Origin: an uncultured Verrucomicrobiae bacterium
Lineage (GTDB): Bacteria > Verrucomicrobiota > Verrucomicrobiia > Chthoniobacterales > JAFAMB01
NCBI GenBank assembly: GCA_963813025.1
Contig: CAWEXO010000015.1
Location: 64,001 to 128,000 of the forward strand
Direction of reading: 5' to 3'
Length of the DNA: 64,000 bases
Positions 10,401 through 20,560 of the stretch are shown here, piece after piece. Under the pieces are notes generated by a model, which saw only the letters and a program-made list of their open reading frames with translations, was not told the origin of the DNA and did no database searches. How positions within the stretch are numbered: position 1 is the first letter of the stretch; every line of letters starts with the position of its first letter. The position numbers and the translations under genes are program-made.

Positions 10401-10476
10401 CTATCTCGGCCGCGATTACTTCAACGACAATTCGGTCCAGCGCTTCTTCTATTTCGAAGTAGACAAGCATTTCTGA
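7423..10476 (+). CDS. TonB-dependent receptor, paralogue 3
   Basis: AAGGAG Shine-Dalgarno before ATG 7423. Signal peptide, LQRITVTG TonB box, plug motif IEILKDNGTATYGDDAVAGVINII, C-terminal VDKHF. Confidence 0.95.
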   Translation: MIQKTLAAGIGLLTLAGVALAQAPAAAPSASAGPTPLDQPAAAAPAGGAELQRITLGQAPVAAADQPAAGPGGGGELQRITVTGYIIPRLGEGTQPVFNLDRDWWQRRGQQNTASVLETLPFANGNFNQNFAPGNNTSPGGDAVNLRNLGVNATLVLVDGLRFPLFPLPLNFTQTFVDLNSIPIAAIERIEILKDNGTATYGDDAVAGVINIILRDNYNGAQFNNYLGFSQRGDDVTYHSQLVAGIADDLGKFGKFSLVAAFNYEVSTPIDALDRPLTTGDYHELSPKYPSPPTSFVPYLSSFLGVDSGNFYTVIPGTKTGPTTSLTTEPISSPILIPQNAQLQPREERYGGLVKLNYSPTDWFKLYDTFIIQDNHEKASTLNQGYDFGGADKIFGQPIVIPATNPFNTTGEPLIPQGGWGGDFPPWTQDTWIRTIRNNVGALLQLPHNWTVEGIFNYGESDGTETVHNGVNLLALQQGLNGTLPGHIGQFYNPFLDWRAVQGFNKALVPALLVDQTLDARTEVVQWILKAGGTVLDLDSGPVNVAAGLEYRSESLIQANDQLSELRLIGNGDFLGKQTVGRRYIRSAYWEVDIPLAGDKWSWPGLRNLDFTYSERYDDYTVFGSAAKPKFAIRYKPFNDLTVRATYSEGFVVPSLSQLFSTPLEFQQSIIDPNFPAGNPNHAYSTLLIQGSNPNLKPQNAYSYYLEGVWTPDSLNDPNGWFHWLHGLTAYVDWFQIELRNQIGTITPQFVVDAPTAFPGNSIVRGANGLITQINNPFINIGTINTRGFDFGGSYITKEYDWGKLDFELNATYVYGWSQKIPYPPVNGRPTFQVITLDDQAGSPGGVVTGGGPDLKLITSLFYSKTMYGIDTFSTGLTLNYRDSEADFNNNAKGSNPLANPGLDAPGYVHEIGSFTTVDYQISYEFGKPEEIAPETAKPGYDKEGHRLVGEKAIAPKPEGSRRGWRQWLANTKLIFGINNIFDTHPPLSVDSNYLGRDYFNDNSVQRFFYFEVDKHF

Positions 10477-10522
10477 TTTGTTGGGCTCACAGACCACCGC
10501 AACGCAATCTGACTTTTCCAGC

Positions 10523-10921
10523 TCAGCGGACGACAAGGACCGGAAGAATATTGAGATCGAACTCGAGCAGAGACGGGATGAAACTCGCGCTCCCATCCGA
10601 TCCCGGGAACCGCCTTACCTCGTCAAGTGCTCCTGGTGCCCGCGCGATCGCTCTGACTTCAATATCGCTGATAGCGCGGCCGAAACTGTCGACGGCGAAA
10701 TCTACCACCAGCGGGGTGTTCCCGACGTATCGCCCGTTGATCTGCACCCTGGCGCCAATCGGCTTAGAAACAATCAAGACAGGGCGCAGTTCAGCTGCCA
10801 CGACCCGATTGTGAGCCCGCAAAGGGCTTCCCCGAGCTGAATCACCGCCAGCCAAACAGGCGGGCGCGACAAGAAGCATCGCTAATCCAGCCAACACACA
10901 GCAACGAGTGGTCCGGCTCAT
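10523..10921 (-). CDS. Secreted PEGA-domain protein, paralogue of 6231-6626
   Basis: VLIVSKPIGARVQINGRYVGNTP. Shares the C-terminal FDLN motif with the first PEGA protein. Confidence 0.8.
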   Translation of the reverse strand: MSRTTRCCVLAGLAMLLVAPACLAGGDSARGSPLRAHNRVVAAELRPVLIVSKPIGARVQINGRYVGNTPLVVDFAVDSFGRAISDIEVRAIARAPGALDEVRRFPGSDGSASFIPSLLEFDLNILPVLVVR

Positions 10922-11021
10922 ATCGAAAGGTTTAACCCCCTTTGTTGTTCTTGCTAGCCAATCGCTAAAAAAACCGCTGTTTTTAACAGATCATGCGTTC
11001 AAAAGGAAGGCAATTTTAAAC

Positions 11022-11567
11022 TCACTTTTCGGCCACTCTGGCAGTAGCAGGGGTCAGCGAGTTCAGCCAGCGCTCGAGGGCCGCTTTCTCGTAGAATAAG
11101 GTATCGGCCCTCTGTTCATTGGAAACATAGAAGTACCGATGGAGGTAGTCTACTTCGACGAGGCTCGCGGAGCCGTTGGCCAGGACCCGACCCTTCGGAT
11201 CACTCAGGGTGTAGTCAAAATAAAGGCGGAGCGGCAACTGCATGTTGCGAGCGAATCGCACGCCAATGTTTTTGGGGAACCTGCTAATGCGCCACGGCTC
11301 CAATCGTCCGGCCAGATCGATATCGGTGAATTTTAAGGTCAGCGTCGCTCCGGGGAAGCGTCTGGACACTTTCGGTGAAAGGTAACTTGAGACCTCATCC
11401 CGAAAAATTGGGGCGGACGCAATCTCCTGGCGATCTTGGATCCGAAAATCCGAAAATCGTTCAGGATGAACGAATTCGATACGGACATTGTTGGCGCCGA
11501 GCGCGTTGCCAGCGCCAAAACTCAGGAGAACCAGCGGGAGCCAGCGATAAAATTGGTTGATTTTCAT
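11022..11567 (-). CDS. DUF3016-family secreted protein
   Basis: Signal peptide followed by V.IEF..PE.FSD and TL.L.FTDIDLAG, which I recognise as DUF3016. Confidence 0.75.
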   Translation of the reverse strand: MKINQFYRWLPLVLLSFGAGNALGANNVRIEFVHPERFSDFRIQDRQEIASAPIFRDEVSSYLSPKVSRRFPGATLTLKFTDIDLAGRLEPWRISRFPKNIGVRFARNMQLPLRLYFDYTLSDPKGRVLANGSASLVEVDYLHRYFYVSNEQRADTLFYEKAALERWLNSLTPATARVAEK

Positions 11568-11624
11568 AGGGGCCTGTTTGGTTACGAAATACACCCGTTG
11601 CGGGCTTCGTGCACCTGTTGGCTG

Positions 11625-11656
11625 AGGAAAGTAGGAAAGTAGGAAAGTAGGAAAGT
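11625..11656. repeat. Tandem octamer (AGGAAAGT)x4
   Basis: Read directly from the sequence. Confidence 0.9.
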
Positions 11657-11828
11657 AGCAAGTGGACAGTTGCCGGTAGACCGTCAGTCGTCCTCGGAGG
11701 CGTCGCCTTTTTCTGGGTTCGGGTTACTATCGCGGACGAGAAAGAACTCCACCTTTTCGATCATCGCGTGCAACGCGGGAAACGTCGGGAAAGTGGACAG
11801 TAGAAAGTGGGCAGTCAAGGCATGCCGT

Positions 11829-13658
11829 TTAAACCTTGAATAGCGGCGGATGCCGGCGATGAAAATCGGTCATCTGCTGGTAAGCATGGGCAAACGCCAG
11901 GAGTTTGCTGTCCTCATACAAATTACCCAGAAAGGTCAGACTGACTGGCGTGCCGGGTCCCCCAACGCGATCATCCTCACCGTTGTCGGTTACCGGCGGG
12001 GCTGGCGCGTCAGCGCCGCGCAATCCGTTTGGCACAATCACGGCCGGGTGTCCAGTAAGGTTCGTAATCATCAGCTGCGGGTCGGTCGTCGGCGTGACGA
12101 TGAGATCTACCTGCTGGAAGACACGGTTCATGTCGTGCATCAACAAAGTCCGGGCCCGATTCGCCTGAACATATTCGACTGCGGAATAGAATCGCGCCGC
12201 CCGGAACAGGTTCGGCCAGTCATCGGGCCCCTGCTCCGTCAATAGTTTATCACGCCCGCTTAAGGTTAGATCATCGAAGGCAGCCGCCGCCTCCGCATTC
12301 AGCAGCAGAGCCAATGCCTCGAGCGGATACGAGGGCAGCGTGATTGGAATGAGATCGACTCTGTGCTTTCGCAAAGTTTCTAAGGCGGCTTGATCATAAC
12401 GGCGGTCATAATCGCGACGCGCAGCGCCAGCCGCTTTTTCGGAGGCATCCGGCGACTGCGGGTTGATCGGGGGCACGGTCTTCGCTTTGCTCGTGAATTC
12501 CTCCTCAACAAACCCAATGCGGAGCTTTTTCCAATCGGACGCGGAATCCCAGGCAAAGGGAACCTCGCGCACCGATCGGTCGGAACCATCCGGTCCATAG
12601 ACGGCCTGCATGACCAGCGCGCAGTCCTCGGCGGATCGAGCAATCGGGCCCAATTTATCCATGCTCCAGGACAAGGCCATTGCCCCGGTGCGCGGCACAT
12701 AGCCAAAGGTTGGGCGGTAGCCGGTCACACCGCAGCGGCTCGAAGGCGAGGAAATCGAGCCAAGGGTTTCCGAACCGACGGCAAATGCTACGCAACCCGC
12801 GGCGGTGGCAGCGGCGGAGCCGGCAGAGGAACCGCTCGACCCTTGAGCCAAAATCCAAGGGTTGCGGGTTCGTCCGCCGAACCATTTGTCGCCCATGGCG
12901 AGGGCACCGAGGGTCAACTTGGCGATCAGGACAGCACCGGCTTCGTCCAACCGGCGGACCACGGTCGCCGTGGTGTCAAGGGTCTGGTCCTGGAACCCTC
13001 CGGCACCCCATGTGGTTCGATAACCGGCAACACTGAGCAAATCCTTGGCTCCCCAAGGAATACCATGCAGCGGACCACGATAGTGACCCTGCGCAATTTC
13101 CGCATCGGCCGCTTTGGCCTGGGTCCGGGCCCGATCCTCGAGCAGCGCAATCACACAATGCAACCGCGCGTCGGACTGCTTCAGGCGTTCCAAGTACATC
13201 TCAGTGAGGGCCAACGCCGAGATTTTCTGTGTTTGAATCAATTCAGAAAGTTCCCGAACCGTGGCAAACGCGAGTTTATCGTGGCTCGACGGCACCGCGA
13301 TTTTGGCCGTTGAATCCGAGATTTTGGCCGGGGTCCGCGATAGCGCTCCAGAGATTGGCCGGTCAACCAAAGGCACAAAGATCAAGGCGGGTGCAACATT
13401 ATTTTTGAGCGGCAGACGGCGGACCTGGCCAATCAGATCCCGTTGTTCGTTCAGCTTCTTGAGCAACTGATCCTTTTGCTCATTGCTGATCGGAATATCG
13501 GCCAGTTGAGCCGCCTCGTCGATCATATCGGCGGTTATCCCCTGCTCCTTCGGTCCCGCGCTGGCCAAGGCAGACAGGGCACCCGCAAAAAAGGCAGACG
13601 TAACGCCGACTGCGGAGCAAATTTTCAGGAACTGACGTCGATCTCGATGGAATTCCAT
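11829..13658 (-). CDS. Amidase-signature family enzyme with Tat signal
   Basis: RRQFLK twin-arginine motif, GPLHGIPWGAKD, GSSGSSAGS and GSETLGSI motifs. Confidence 0.9.
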   Translation of the reverse strand: MEFHRDRRQFLKICSAVGVTSAFFAGALSALASAGPKEQGITADMIDEAAQLADIPISNEQKDQLLKKLNEQRDLIGQVRRLPLKNNVAPALIFVPLVDRPISGALSRTPAKISDSTAKIAVPSSHDKLAFATVRELSELIQTQKISALALTEMYLERLKQSDARLHCVIALLEDRARTQAKAADAEIAQGHYRGPLHGIPWGAKDLLSVAGYRTTWGAGGFQDQTLDTTATVVRRLDEAGAVLIAKLTLGALAMGDKWFGGRTRNPWILAQGSSGSSAGSAAATAAGCVAFAVGSETLGSISSPSSRCGVTGYRPTFGYVPRTGAMALSWSMDKLGPIARSAEDCALVMQAVYGPDGSDRSVREVPFAWDSASDWKKLRIGFVEEEFTSKAKTVPPINPQSPDASEKAAGAARRDYDRRYDQAALETLRKHRVDLIPITLPSYPLEALALLLNAEAAAAFDDLTLSGRDKLLTEQGPDDWPNLFRAARFYSAVEYVQANRARTLLMHDMNRVFQQVDLIVTPTTDPQLMITNLTGHPAVIVPNGLRGADAPAPPVTDNGEDDRVGGPGTPVSLTFLGNLYEDSKLLAFAHAYQQMTDFHRRHPPLFKV

Positions 13659-13902
13659 TATCCGCTTTCTTTTCTGAAAGAACTTTGTCAAGATAGACAA
13701 CGGTCTAAACGAAAAAAGCCACAGCATCTCTACAGGGTAGTGTCCGCTCGTGGATGCTTTGCTCATCTGATTGACTTTTCTTCAGGCTAGCGCGCACGAC
13801 CTCGTCCGCAATTCTTCGAGAGGGGTTGCAAGCTCTGCGAAGGCAGTGACATCACAGAGTTTGTTGTCGGCCATCGATCATCGGCCATTGACCGTCGGCC
13901 GG

Positions 13903-14619
13903 TCAATGGATCACGAACGTCACCGGCAGCGTGCAGACGCCGCTAACGTCCGGAGCGAATTTCCAGTGGTCGCGAACCCACCGGGCCGCGGCACTGGCCA
14001 GCATAGGCGGTCCGCTCCCCTCTGCGTCTGTCACCGTGCCGTTCGATACGTGAATTGTCACGCGAACATTCCCGGTGATGTGCATCGCTAGCGCTTGCGG
14101 CGGATAGGGAGGACTGGGCGAACGAAGCAAGTTAGTCGAACGCGGGCCCCCGTTGCCAGTTCCTCCTACAACCCCGTTCGGGCTGGCGTTAGGCGGATTC
14201 GGCCCGTGATGTGCCGTAGACGGCACGGTAGGAGCCGGCTTTTTTACCTCTGTCTTTGGCTTCGGTCGAGGTGTAGCGACCGGTTCCGGAGCCGGAGGCG
14301 GTGTCGGCGTCGGTGTAGGTTCAGGCACCTCGAACTCCGGCGGCTTGTCTAATGGTGGTGGCGTCGGCTCTGGCTCCGGTGGTGGAGTCGGCTCCGGATC
14401 AGGCGGCGTTTCCGGCTCATCCTCGGGCTGCAGCAACGGAGGCGCGTCGTTGATATTCGTCAGGTCAATCACCGGTTCTTTTTGCGGAGTCGGCGCCGGA
14501 AATCTGACCCAGTAACCACTGACGGCAGCAGCCGCATTGAGCACAAGCGAGATCAGAAGAAACCAGACGATTCGGGATCCCCCCGGGCCACGCGGGTACT
14601 TTTCGGAAGCAGCAGCCAT
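13903..14619 (-). CDS. tonB: Energy transducer TonB
   Basis: N-terminal transmembrane helix, Pro/Glu-rich linker, C-terminal YP..A....ITG.V domain; downstream of exbBD. Confidence 0.85.
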   Translation of the reverse strand: MAAASEKYPRGPGGSRIVWFLLISLVLNAAAAVSGYWVRFPAPTPQKEPVIDLTNINDAPPLLQPEDEPETPPDPEPTPPPEPEPTPPPLDKPPEFEVPEPTPTPTPPPAPEPVATPRPKPKTEVKKPAPTVPSTAHHGPNPPNASPNGVVGGTGNGGPRSTNLLRSPSPPYPPQALAMHITGNVRVTIHVSNGTVTDAEGSGPPMLASAAARWVRDHWKFAPDVSGVCTLPVTFVIH

Positions 14620-14628
14620 TGTCGATTC

Positions 14629-15114
14629 TTAGGATCCAGGCGGCTTCGCCGCAGGCGCGGGCGCCGCTCCTGGTGCACGTGCCGGTCCCTGCACGCCTTC
14701 GCTCGGCTTGATTTCCAGACCTACCTTTTGCACGCCAGCAGTACGGGCTTTATCCAGGACAAACACAACCTCTTCGTAGGTTGCAACCTTGTCTGCACGA
14801 ATAAATATGCGCACGTTGTGGTTTTTATTGTAGAGCGTCTGGAACCGCGACAGGACGTCATCTCGTGCAACTTTCTCTTTCTCGAAGTAGATGTCGCCCA
14901 AGGCATCGACACTTACGATAATGAAGTCCGGGTTCGTGTTCTGCACGGCGCTGGTGCCGGTTGGCAGATTCACGTCCATCCCCTTCATATTGATCATGGT
15001 CAAGCTCACCAGCATGAACGAGGCGAGCAGAAAGAACATGATGTCGATCAGGGGGATGATCTCAATCCGAGCCTTCTTAATTGGTACTGGCGAACTGCTG
15101 TGACTGCCGTGCAT
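14629..15114 (-). CDS. exbD: ExbD/TolR biopolymer transport protein
   Basis: IIPLIDIMFFLLASFM and IRADK motifs. Confidence 0.92.
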   Translation of the reverse strand: MHGSHSSSPVPIKKARIEIIPLIDIMFFLLASFMLVSLTMINMKGMDVNLPTGTSAVQNTNPDFIIVSVDALGDIYFEKEKVARDDVLSRFQTLYNKNHNVRIFIRADKVATYEEVVFVLDKARTAGVQKVGLEIKPSEGVQGPARAPGAAPAPAAKPPGS

Positions 15115-15838
15115 CGTTTTCTACGTCTACGGTGTGAGAGGCCTTCTGACGGAGCGCGTTGAGCATGAGAATGAGATTGTGTGAAGTCGTCTCGAGCTCG
15201 AACTGCAGTTTGGCCAATTTGGAGTTGAAGAAGTTGAAAAAAACGAGAGCCAGAATGGCGATGCCCAAGCCGCAAGCTGTGGCAATGAGCGCCTCACCGA
15301 TACCGCCCGAAACGGCGGCCGGACTCAGGCCACCTTCGTTGACGGCGTTGAAGGCCGACATGATACCGGTAACGGTACCGAGCAATCCAAGCAGGGGCGC
15401 CAGTGTAATAGTCGTATCCATCACGGACATAAAGCGGCCGGCTCGCTGAATTTCGACTCCGGAGGCGATCTCCAGAGCTCCTTCAACCGAGGAGTGGGCA
15501 TGGCTCAGCCCATGCCAGAGAACACGAACGCTGGAATCTTTGGAACCACGGGCCAGGTTGGATGCCGCGGTGAGATCTCCCTCTTCGATTGCGGCATAGA
15601 CCCGGTCAAGCTTGTTGGGATCGCGACGGGCACGCTCAATTGTCCACCAGACGATTCGTTCGAGGATGACGGCAATCGCTACGACTAATACCGCAACGAT
15701 CGCGTACATCACTGGACCGCCCTTGAAGAACCATTCCAAAAAAATGTTGCCTTTCGCCCAAGTCGGAACGGGGCGCAACGTGACCACTTGCCCTTCCGCG
15801 GCCAGCATTGGTGCGAGCCAAGCTAACAGAGTGAACAT
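15077..15838 (-). CDS. exbB: ExbB (MotA/TolQ/ExbB) proton channel
   Basis: APLLGLLGTVTGIM and GIGEALIATACGL. Confidence 0.92.
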   Translation of the reverse strand: MFTLLAWLAPMLAAEGQVVTLRPVPTWAKGNIFLEWFFKGGPVMYAIVAVLVVAIAVILERIVWWTIERARRDPNKLDRVYAAIEEGDLTAASNLARGSKDSSVRVLWHGLSHAHSSVEGALEIASGVEIQRAGRFMSVMDTTITLAPLLGLLGTVTGIMSAFNAVNEGGLSPAAVSGGIGEALIATACGLGIAILALVFFNFFNSKLAKLQFELETTSHNLILMLNALRQKASHTVDVENDARQSQQFASTN

Positions 15839-16044
15839 ATATATTTAAGATTTTGAGTAACGGTTTAAGGCGTTTACTTCCTGTTTTTGACTACTACACA
15901 ACACAGGCATCAAGCTGCGGGCAGACATCGCTACCCCACTCGACCCTCGCCCACCTTTGCAACTCACTCGGAAAGCCGGAGCAAAGTCGCCTTGTTCCTG
16001 GGGGACCATCGCATAGCGCAGGCATTAATTTCAGAATACCGTTC

Positions 16045-16072
16045 ATGGTACCCTGAAAATATAGGCAGTCAA
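16045..16072 (-). promoter_or_regulatory. Putative sigma70 promoter of exbB-exbD-tonB
   Basis: TTGACT-N16-TACCAT on the minus strand, about 200 nt upstream of exbB. Confidence 0.45.
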
Positions 16073-16312
16073 AGAAACCGTTTTTCTTAAAACTGCAACC
16101 GATTTGTTACGTAGATTTTTCAAGGCGAATTCCCTAATTAAAGATGGGTAAAATGCCTGTAGGAGGGCAGTTTTTCTGCCAGGTGGTTCCTTTTTGGATT
16201 CGACGGTTGCGCCAAGGGCGAGAAAATTATCGGAGCTCGGCGAGGTCAAGCAGAAGCTTGACCCTACCGATTTTTTGCAGAGCTGGACGCAGACGATTCT
16301 CGCCTGTCGTTG

Positions 16313-17620
16313 TCAGAGCGTGATCGGTTGTCGACGTACGTCCTGCTTCGCGAGGCGGGATTCGATCCTGTCGTGAAGATAAGCCACCACCGGCGATGCC
16401 GGCAACCGGTCCACGACCTCATTCAAAAAGCCGCGGACAATCAAGGCTTTTGCTTCGTTTTCAGGAATACCGCGGCTGTTCAGATAGAAAAGCTCCTCGG
16501 GCTCGACTTGCCCGGAAGTGGCACCGTGGGTGCATCGGACGTCATCAGCCAGAATTTCCAGGCCAGGCATCGAATTTGCCTCGGCCTCATCGCTGAGCAA
16601 CAAATTGCGTACTTTTTGGTAGGCATCGGTCTGGTGCGCTCCCCTCTCGACCCTGATTAAACCGGAGAAAACTGTCCGCGCGCGATCGCTTAACGAATTC
16701 TTGTAAAGCAGGTCGCTAGTGGTGTGAGCAGTCAAATGATCCTGCAAAGTGCGTTGATCAAATTCCTGGTCGTCCTTGGCAATCGTTACCGCTAACATAT
16801 CGCTGCGCGCTCCCTCTCCGACCATCCGGCTGACACTTTCCAGGCGCGAATATCTGCCACCAAAGTTCAGTGAAAGGTTTAACGCGGCGGCGTCGCGCTC
16901 CACCTGGGTGGAGTTAACCTGGACTGAGGCAAAATTTCTGCTCCACTCCTGGTCCATAATATAGGTCAGCTTCGCTCCGGGCCCGACAACGAGATCATTC
17001 ACGCCGCAGGCAAACCCGGGCTCCTCGTCTGACGCGGAAACGAAATGGTCGATAAAGGTCGCTGAGCCGCCCTCCTCCACAATAACCAGCGTGTGCGGAA
17101 AAACCGCCGACCGATCGCCGTCAACGATGTGGAACGCTTCAAAAGGAGGCTCCACTTGCACTCCGGCCGGCACATAAAGGAAGCCACCGGAGCACACTAG
17201 GGCTTGATGCAAAGCCGCGAATTTCTGGGACCCGAGGCGGCTGGGCTGAGCCATGAAATGCTTGCGCAAAAGCTCGGGATATTCAGATAACGCTTCCTCC
17301 AACCCAACGAAAACGAGTCCAGTGGACTTGGCGGCGGAAAACTCGACCAGTTGTTCGTTTACGAAAACCAGCCGGCCGGCCGGTTCACTGTATCCCCTGC
17401 GCGCAACTGCTGCGGAATGGTCAACGCATGACTCACCGGCAAAAACCCAATCGTCCAAACTCAACAGCTTCACTGGCGAGAAGCGCCAAAGCTCGTCAGT
17501 TCTGGACGGCGCGGCTGTTCGAATGAACTCATCCCACGCCGCAGCTTGTTTCTCCCGAAACCAGTTCGGGAAACGGTTGTCGCGCAATCCAGAGAGGATG
17601 GGTTCAGTTGTCGTCATCAT
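16313..17620 (-). CDS. sufD: Fe-S cluster assembly protein SufD
   Basis: LEILADDVRCTHGATSG and LFYLNSRGI; operon context. Confidence 0.95.
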   Translation of the reverse strand: MMTTTEPILSGLRDNRFPNWFREKQAAAWDEFIRTAAPSRTDELWRFSPVKLLSLDDWVFAGESCVDHSAAVARRGYSEPAGRLVFVNEQLVEFSAAKSTGLVFVGLEEALSEYPELLRKHFMAQPSRLGSQKFAALHQALVCSGGFLYVPAGVQVEPPFEAFHIVDGDRSAVFPHTLVIVEEGGSATFIDHFVSASDEEPGFACGVNDLVVGPGAKLTYIMDQEWSRNFASVQVNSTQVERDAAALNLSLNFGGRYSRLESVSRMVGEGARSDMLAVTIAKDDQEFDQRTLQDHLTAHTTSDLLYKNSLSDRARTVFSGLIRVERGAHQTDAYQKVRNLLLSDEAEANSMPGLEILADDVRCTHGATSGQVEPEELFYLNSRGIPENEAKALIVRGFLNEVVDRLPASPVVAYLHDRIESRLAKQDVRRQPITL

Positions 17621-17679
17621 GCTTTATTGAAAAAAACAAAAACGTCTTCAGTGTCCGTGCAGCAACGGCGTAAGGGCTT

Positions 17680-17806
17680 CGGTAGGGCGAAAATTCATTC
17701 GAGCTTTAGCGAGAACTTGTTTGAGCCGTCTGGAATGCGCGGCCTGGCCCAATGTCCGGCTCAAACAAGTTCTCGCCCGAGGCTCGAATGAATTTCGCCC
17801 TACCGG
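17680..17806. repeat. REPIN (nested inverted REPs) of the RAYT-associated family, between sufB and sufD
   Basis: CGGTAGGGCGAAAATTCATTCGAGC...GCTCGAATGAATTTCGCCCTACCG, homologous to the REPs at 60628-60724 and 61299-61325. Confidence 0.85.
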
Positions 17807-17833
17807 CACCTCGTCAAAGGCGCCCTGCCTCGG

Positions 17834-19243
17834 CTAGCCGACCGAGCCTTCCATCTCAAGGTCGATCAGGCGCTTCAGCTCAACGCTATACTCCATCGGG
17901 AACTGCCGGACCAGATCGTTCACGAAACCGTTCACCGCCAGACTCATGGCCTGTCCTTCGGTTAAGCCGCGCTGTTGCATATAAAAGATCTGCTCAGCAC
18001 TGATTTGACTGACCGACGCCTCATGCTGGGTAGAATTGCCGGTCCCGCGGACCGTGATCGCCGGATAAGTGTCGGTCCGGCTGCTCGAATTGATCAGCAA
18101 AGCATCGCACTCGGTATTGTTCTTACATTTCCGCAAATGCTTCGGCACATGGACAAGGCCGCGGTAAGTCGCCCTGCCTTTTCCCACGCTGATGCTCTTG
18201 GAGATAATGTTGCTCGTGGTTTCGTCGGCCGCATGGATCATCTTGGCGCCGGTATCCTGATGCTGCCCATCATTGGCCAGTGCGATGCTGATCACTTCCC
18301 CGCGCGCCTTGCGCCCTTTCAGCACCACGCCCGGATATTTCATCGTCAAGCGAGACCCGATATTGCAATCGATCCACTTGATCTCGGCTTCTTCCATGGC
18401 CAGACCACGCTTGGTCACGAGGTTGAAAACGTTGGGCGCCCAGTTCTGGACGGTGATGTACTGGATCTTCGCTCCGGGCATCGCCACGAGCTCGACCACT
18501 GCCGAATGGAGAGTCGCAGTCGTAAATTTCGGTGCCGTGCAGCCTTCCATGTACATCACTTCCGAACCTTCATCCGCGATGATCAAAGTTCGCTCAAACT
18601 GACCAAAATTTTCCGCATTGATCCGGAAGTAGGCCTGGAGCGGATGCTTGACCTTCACTCCCGGCGGCACATAAATGAAACTGCCTCCACTGAAGACAGC
18701 GCTATTCAGTGCGCTGAATTTGTTGTCACCGGTGGGAATCACTTTCCCAAACCATTTCCGGAAAATTTCCGGATGCTGTTTCAGGCCTTCGGTGCTCCCG
18801 ATAAAAATCACGCCTTGATCGGAGACCGCTTTCTTGATATTGGAGTAAACCGCTTCACTATCGAACTGCGCTTCCACCCCAGCCAGAAATTTCCGCTCGC
18901 TTTCCGGAATCCCGAGCCGCTCGAAAGTGCGTTTGATATCATCGGGAACATCCTCCCAATTTCGCTTGGGGGCATCCCCGGAAGCCAGATAGTAACGGAT
19001 CTTGTCGAAATCGATTGCCTCAAGATCTTTGCTCGCCCAGTGGGTCGGCAACGGTTTGCTCAGGAAGATACGATAAGCGTTCCGCCGAAATTCCCGGATC
19101 CATTCCGGCTCTTGTTTCGCTTCGACGATGTAATCGATCGTGTTTTCCGTCAGGCCGACACCCGCATCGCGGGCGGCCTCAACATTGTAAAAGAAGTTCC
19201 CGATATCGCGATCGATATCGAGGGTTGTCGTTGATTCGCTCAT
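17834..19243 (-). CDS. sufB: Fe-S cluster assembly protein SufB
   Basis: Canonical SufB sequence ([18 protein letters not shown]-terminal MEGSVG). Confidence 0.97.
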   Translation of the reverse strand: MSESTTTLDIDRDIGNFFYNVEAARDAGVGLTENTIDYIVEAKQEPEWIREFRRNAYRIFLSKPLPTHWASKDLEAIDFDKIRYYLASGDAPKRNWEDVPDDIKRTFERLGIPESERKFLAGVEAQFDSEAVYSNIKKAVSDQGVIFIGSTEGLKQHPEIFRKWFGKVIPTGDNKFSALNSAVFSGGSFIYVPPGVKVKHPLQAYFRINAENFGQFERTLIIADEGSEVMYMEGCTAPKFTTATLHSAVVELVAMPGAKIQYITVQNWAPNVFNLVTKRGLAMEEAEIKWIDCNIGSRLTMKYPGVVLKGRKARGEVISIALANDGQHQDTGAKMIHAADETTSNIISKSISVGKGRATYRGLVHVPKHLRKCKNNTECDALLINSSSRTDTYPAITVRGTGNSTQHEASVSQISAEQIFYMQQRGLTEGQAMSLAVNGFVNDLVRQFPMEYSVELKRLIDLEMEGSVG

Positions 19244-19261
19244 GGTGCCTCCTTGTTCAAT

Positions 19262-20032
19262 TTAAGTCGCGGCGGAGACCGGTTCACCCACCTCAGTCTT
19301 CAGCCAATCGTATCCTTTCGCCTCGAGTTCGAGAGCCAGTTCCTTTCCACCAGTTCGGACAATCCGGCCCTCGTACATCACGTGAACCAGATCAGGGGTA
19401 ATATAGTTCAAAAGTCGCTGGTAATGCGTGATCAACAGAATGCCGATGGCCGGTCCGCTCAGCTTGTTGACTCCGTGCGCCACCACCTTGAGGGCATCGA
19501 TGTCCAGCCCGCTATCGGTCTCGTCCAACACCGCAAAAGAAGGCTCCAGAACGGCCAATTGCAGGATTTCGTTCCGTTTCTTTTCGCCACCGGAAAATCC
19601 TTCGTTTACCGAACGTGCGGTGAACTCGCGTTTGATCTCCAGTTCATCCATTTTTTCGTAAAGCCGTTCATAAAAATCCACCGCATCGAGTTCTTCACCT
19701 TCGGGGAGCCGGGCCTGGACAGCTGCGCGCAGGAAATTGGCGTTGCTGACACCGGGGATCTCCATCGGATATTGAAAAGCCATGAAGATACCTTTGCGGG
19801 CGCGCTCATCGGGTTCGAGCTCCAGGATACTTTGGCCATCTAACAGGATATCGCCGGAGAAAACCTGATAATCCGGATGACCGGCAATTACCTTGGCCAA
19901 AGTGCTTTTGCCCGACCCATTCGGGCCCATCACCGCATGCACTTCCCCTTGGCTGAACTCCAGGTTCAGTCCGCGAATTATTTCCTGCTGATTGATCCCG
20001 GCACGCAGTTCTTTAATAACGATTGAACTCAT
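19262..20032 (-). CDS. sufC: Fe-S cluster assembly ATPase SufC
   Basis: GPNGSGKST and [17 protein letters not shown] overlap with the upstream regulator stop. Confidence 0.97.
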   Translation of the reverse strand: MSSIVIKELRAGINQQEIIRGLNLEFSQGEVHAVMGPNGSGKSTLAKVIAGHPDYQVFSGDILLDGQSILELEPDERARKGIFMAFQYPMEIPGVSNANFLRAAVQARLPEGEELDAVDFYERLYEKMDELEIKREFTARSVNEGFSGGEKKRNEILQLAVLEPSFAVLDETDSGLDIDALKVVAHGVNKLSGPAIGILLITHYQRLLNYITPDLVHVMYEGRIVRTGGKELALELEAKGYDWLKTEVGEPVSAAT

Positions 20033-20529
20033 AATTGATTCTCCGGCGAGGCTGTGCGTGAGGCCGCGGAGGCTAGGGTGGTAAGCATAGCGCTGCGCAC
20101 CGGTGCTCCCTCGTCTAGTCGCCTCTCTGAGCATTCCGGACAAACCCCCTTGAAAGTTACTTCCGCGTGGGAAACCACGAAACCCGTTCCGAGCTTCCAG
20201 CTGGACGCGGCTGGCGCTTCCACATCAAAAACTGAACCGCAACGTTCGCAGAAAAAATGGCTGTGTTCCAGCAGGTTCGGACAGTAGCGCGTCGGTGCGC
20301 GCTGCAAGTTCACCTGCTTCACCAAACCATTCTGCACCAACGCTTCCAAACAGTTGTAAATGGTCGCCAACGAAATCGAGGGCATATGCCGTTTTGCGCG
20401 CAGAAAAACCTCCGCCGCGGTCGGATGATCGCGTTTTTGCAGAAGAATCCCCAACACCTCTTCACGTTGGCGCGTGAGACGGATTCCGCTGGCGGCGAGC
20501 CGCTGGCTTATGTGCGCTGAGAGTCTCAA
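20029..20529 (-). CDS. Fur-family (PerR/Irr-like) transcriptional regulator; start uncertain
   Basis: [36 protein letters not shown] and GVCPEC. TTG 20529 or GTG 20538 are possible starts. Confidence 0.88.
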   Translation of the reverse strand: MRLSAHISQRLAASGIRLTRQREEVLGILLQKRDHPTAAEVFLRAKRHMPSISLATIYNCLEALVQNGLVKQVNLQRAPTRYCPNLLEHSHFFCERCGSVFDVEAPAASSWKLGTGFVVSHAEVTFKGVCPECSERRLDEGAPVRSAMLTTLASAASRTASPENQL

Positions 20530-20560
20530 ACACCTCACGATGCCACAATCGATAACGATA

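Noticed and set aside
11829..13658. gatA
   Set aside because: A Tat signal and the absence of adjacent gatB/gatC indicate a secreted amidase instead.
15839..16044. Cobalamin or other known riboswitch in the exbB leader
   Set aside because: No B12 box or other aptamer consensus recognised by eye.
17975..19234. 419-aa plus-strand ORF
   Set aside because: Antisense shadow of sufB, with no recognisable motifs. The same applies to the long antisense ORFs over the amidase, ppk1 and the receptors.
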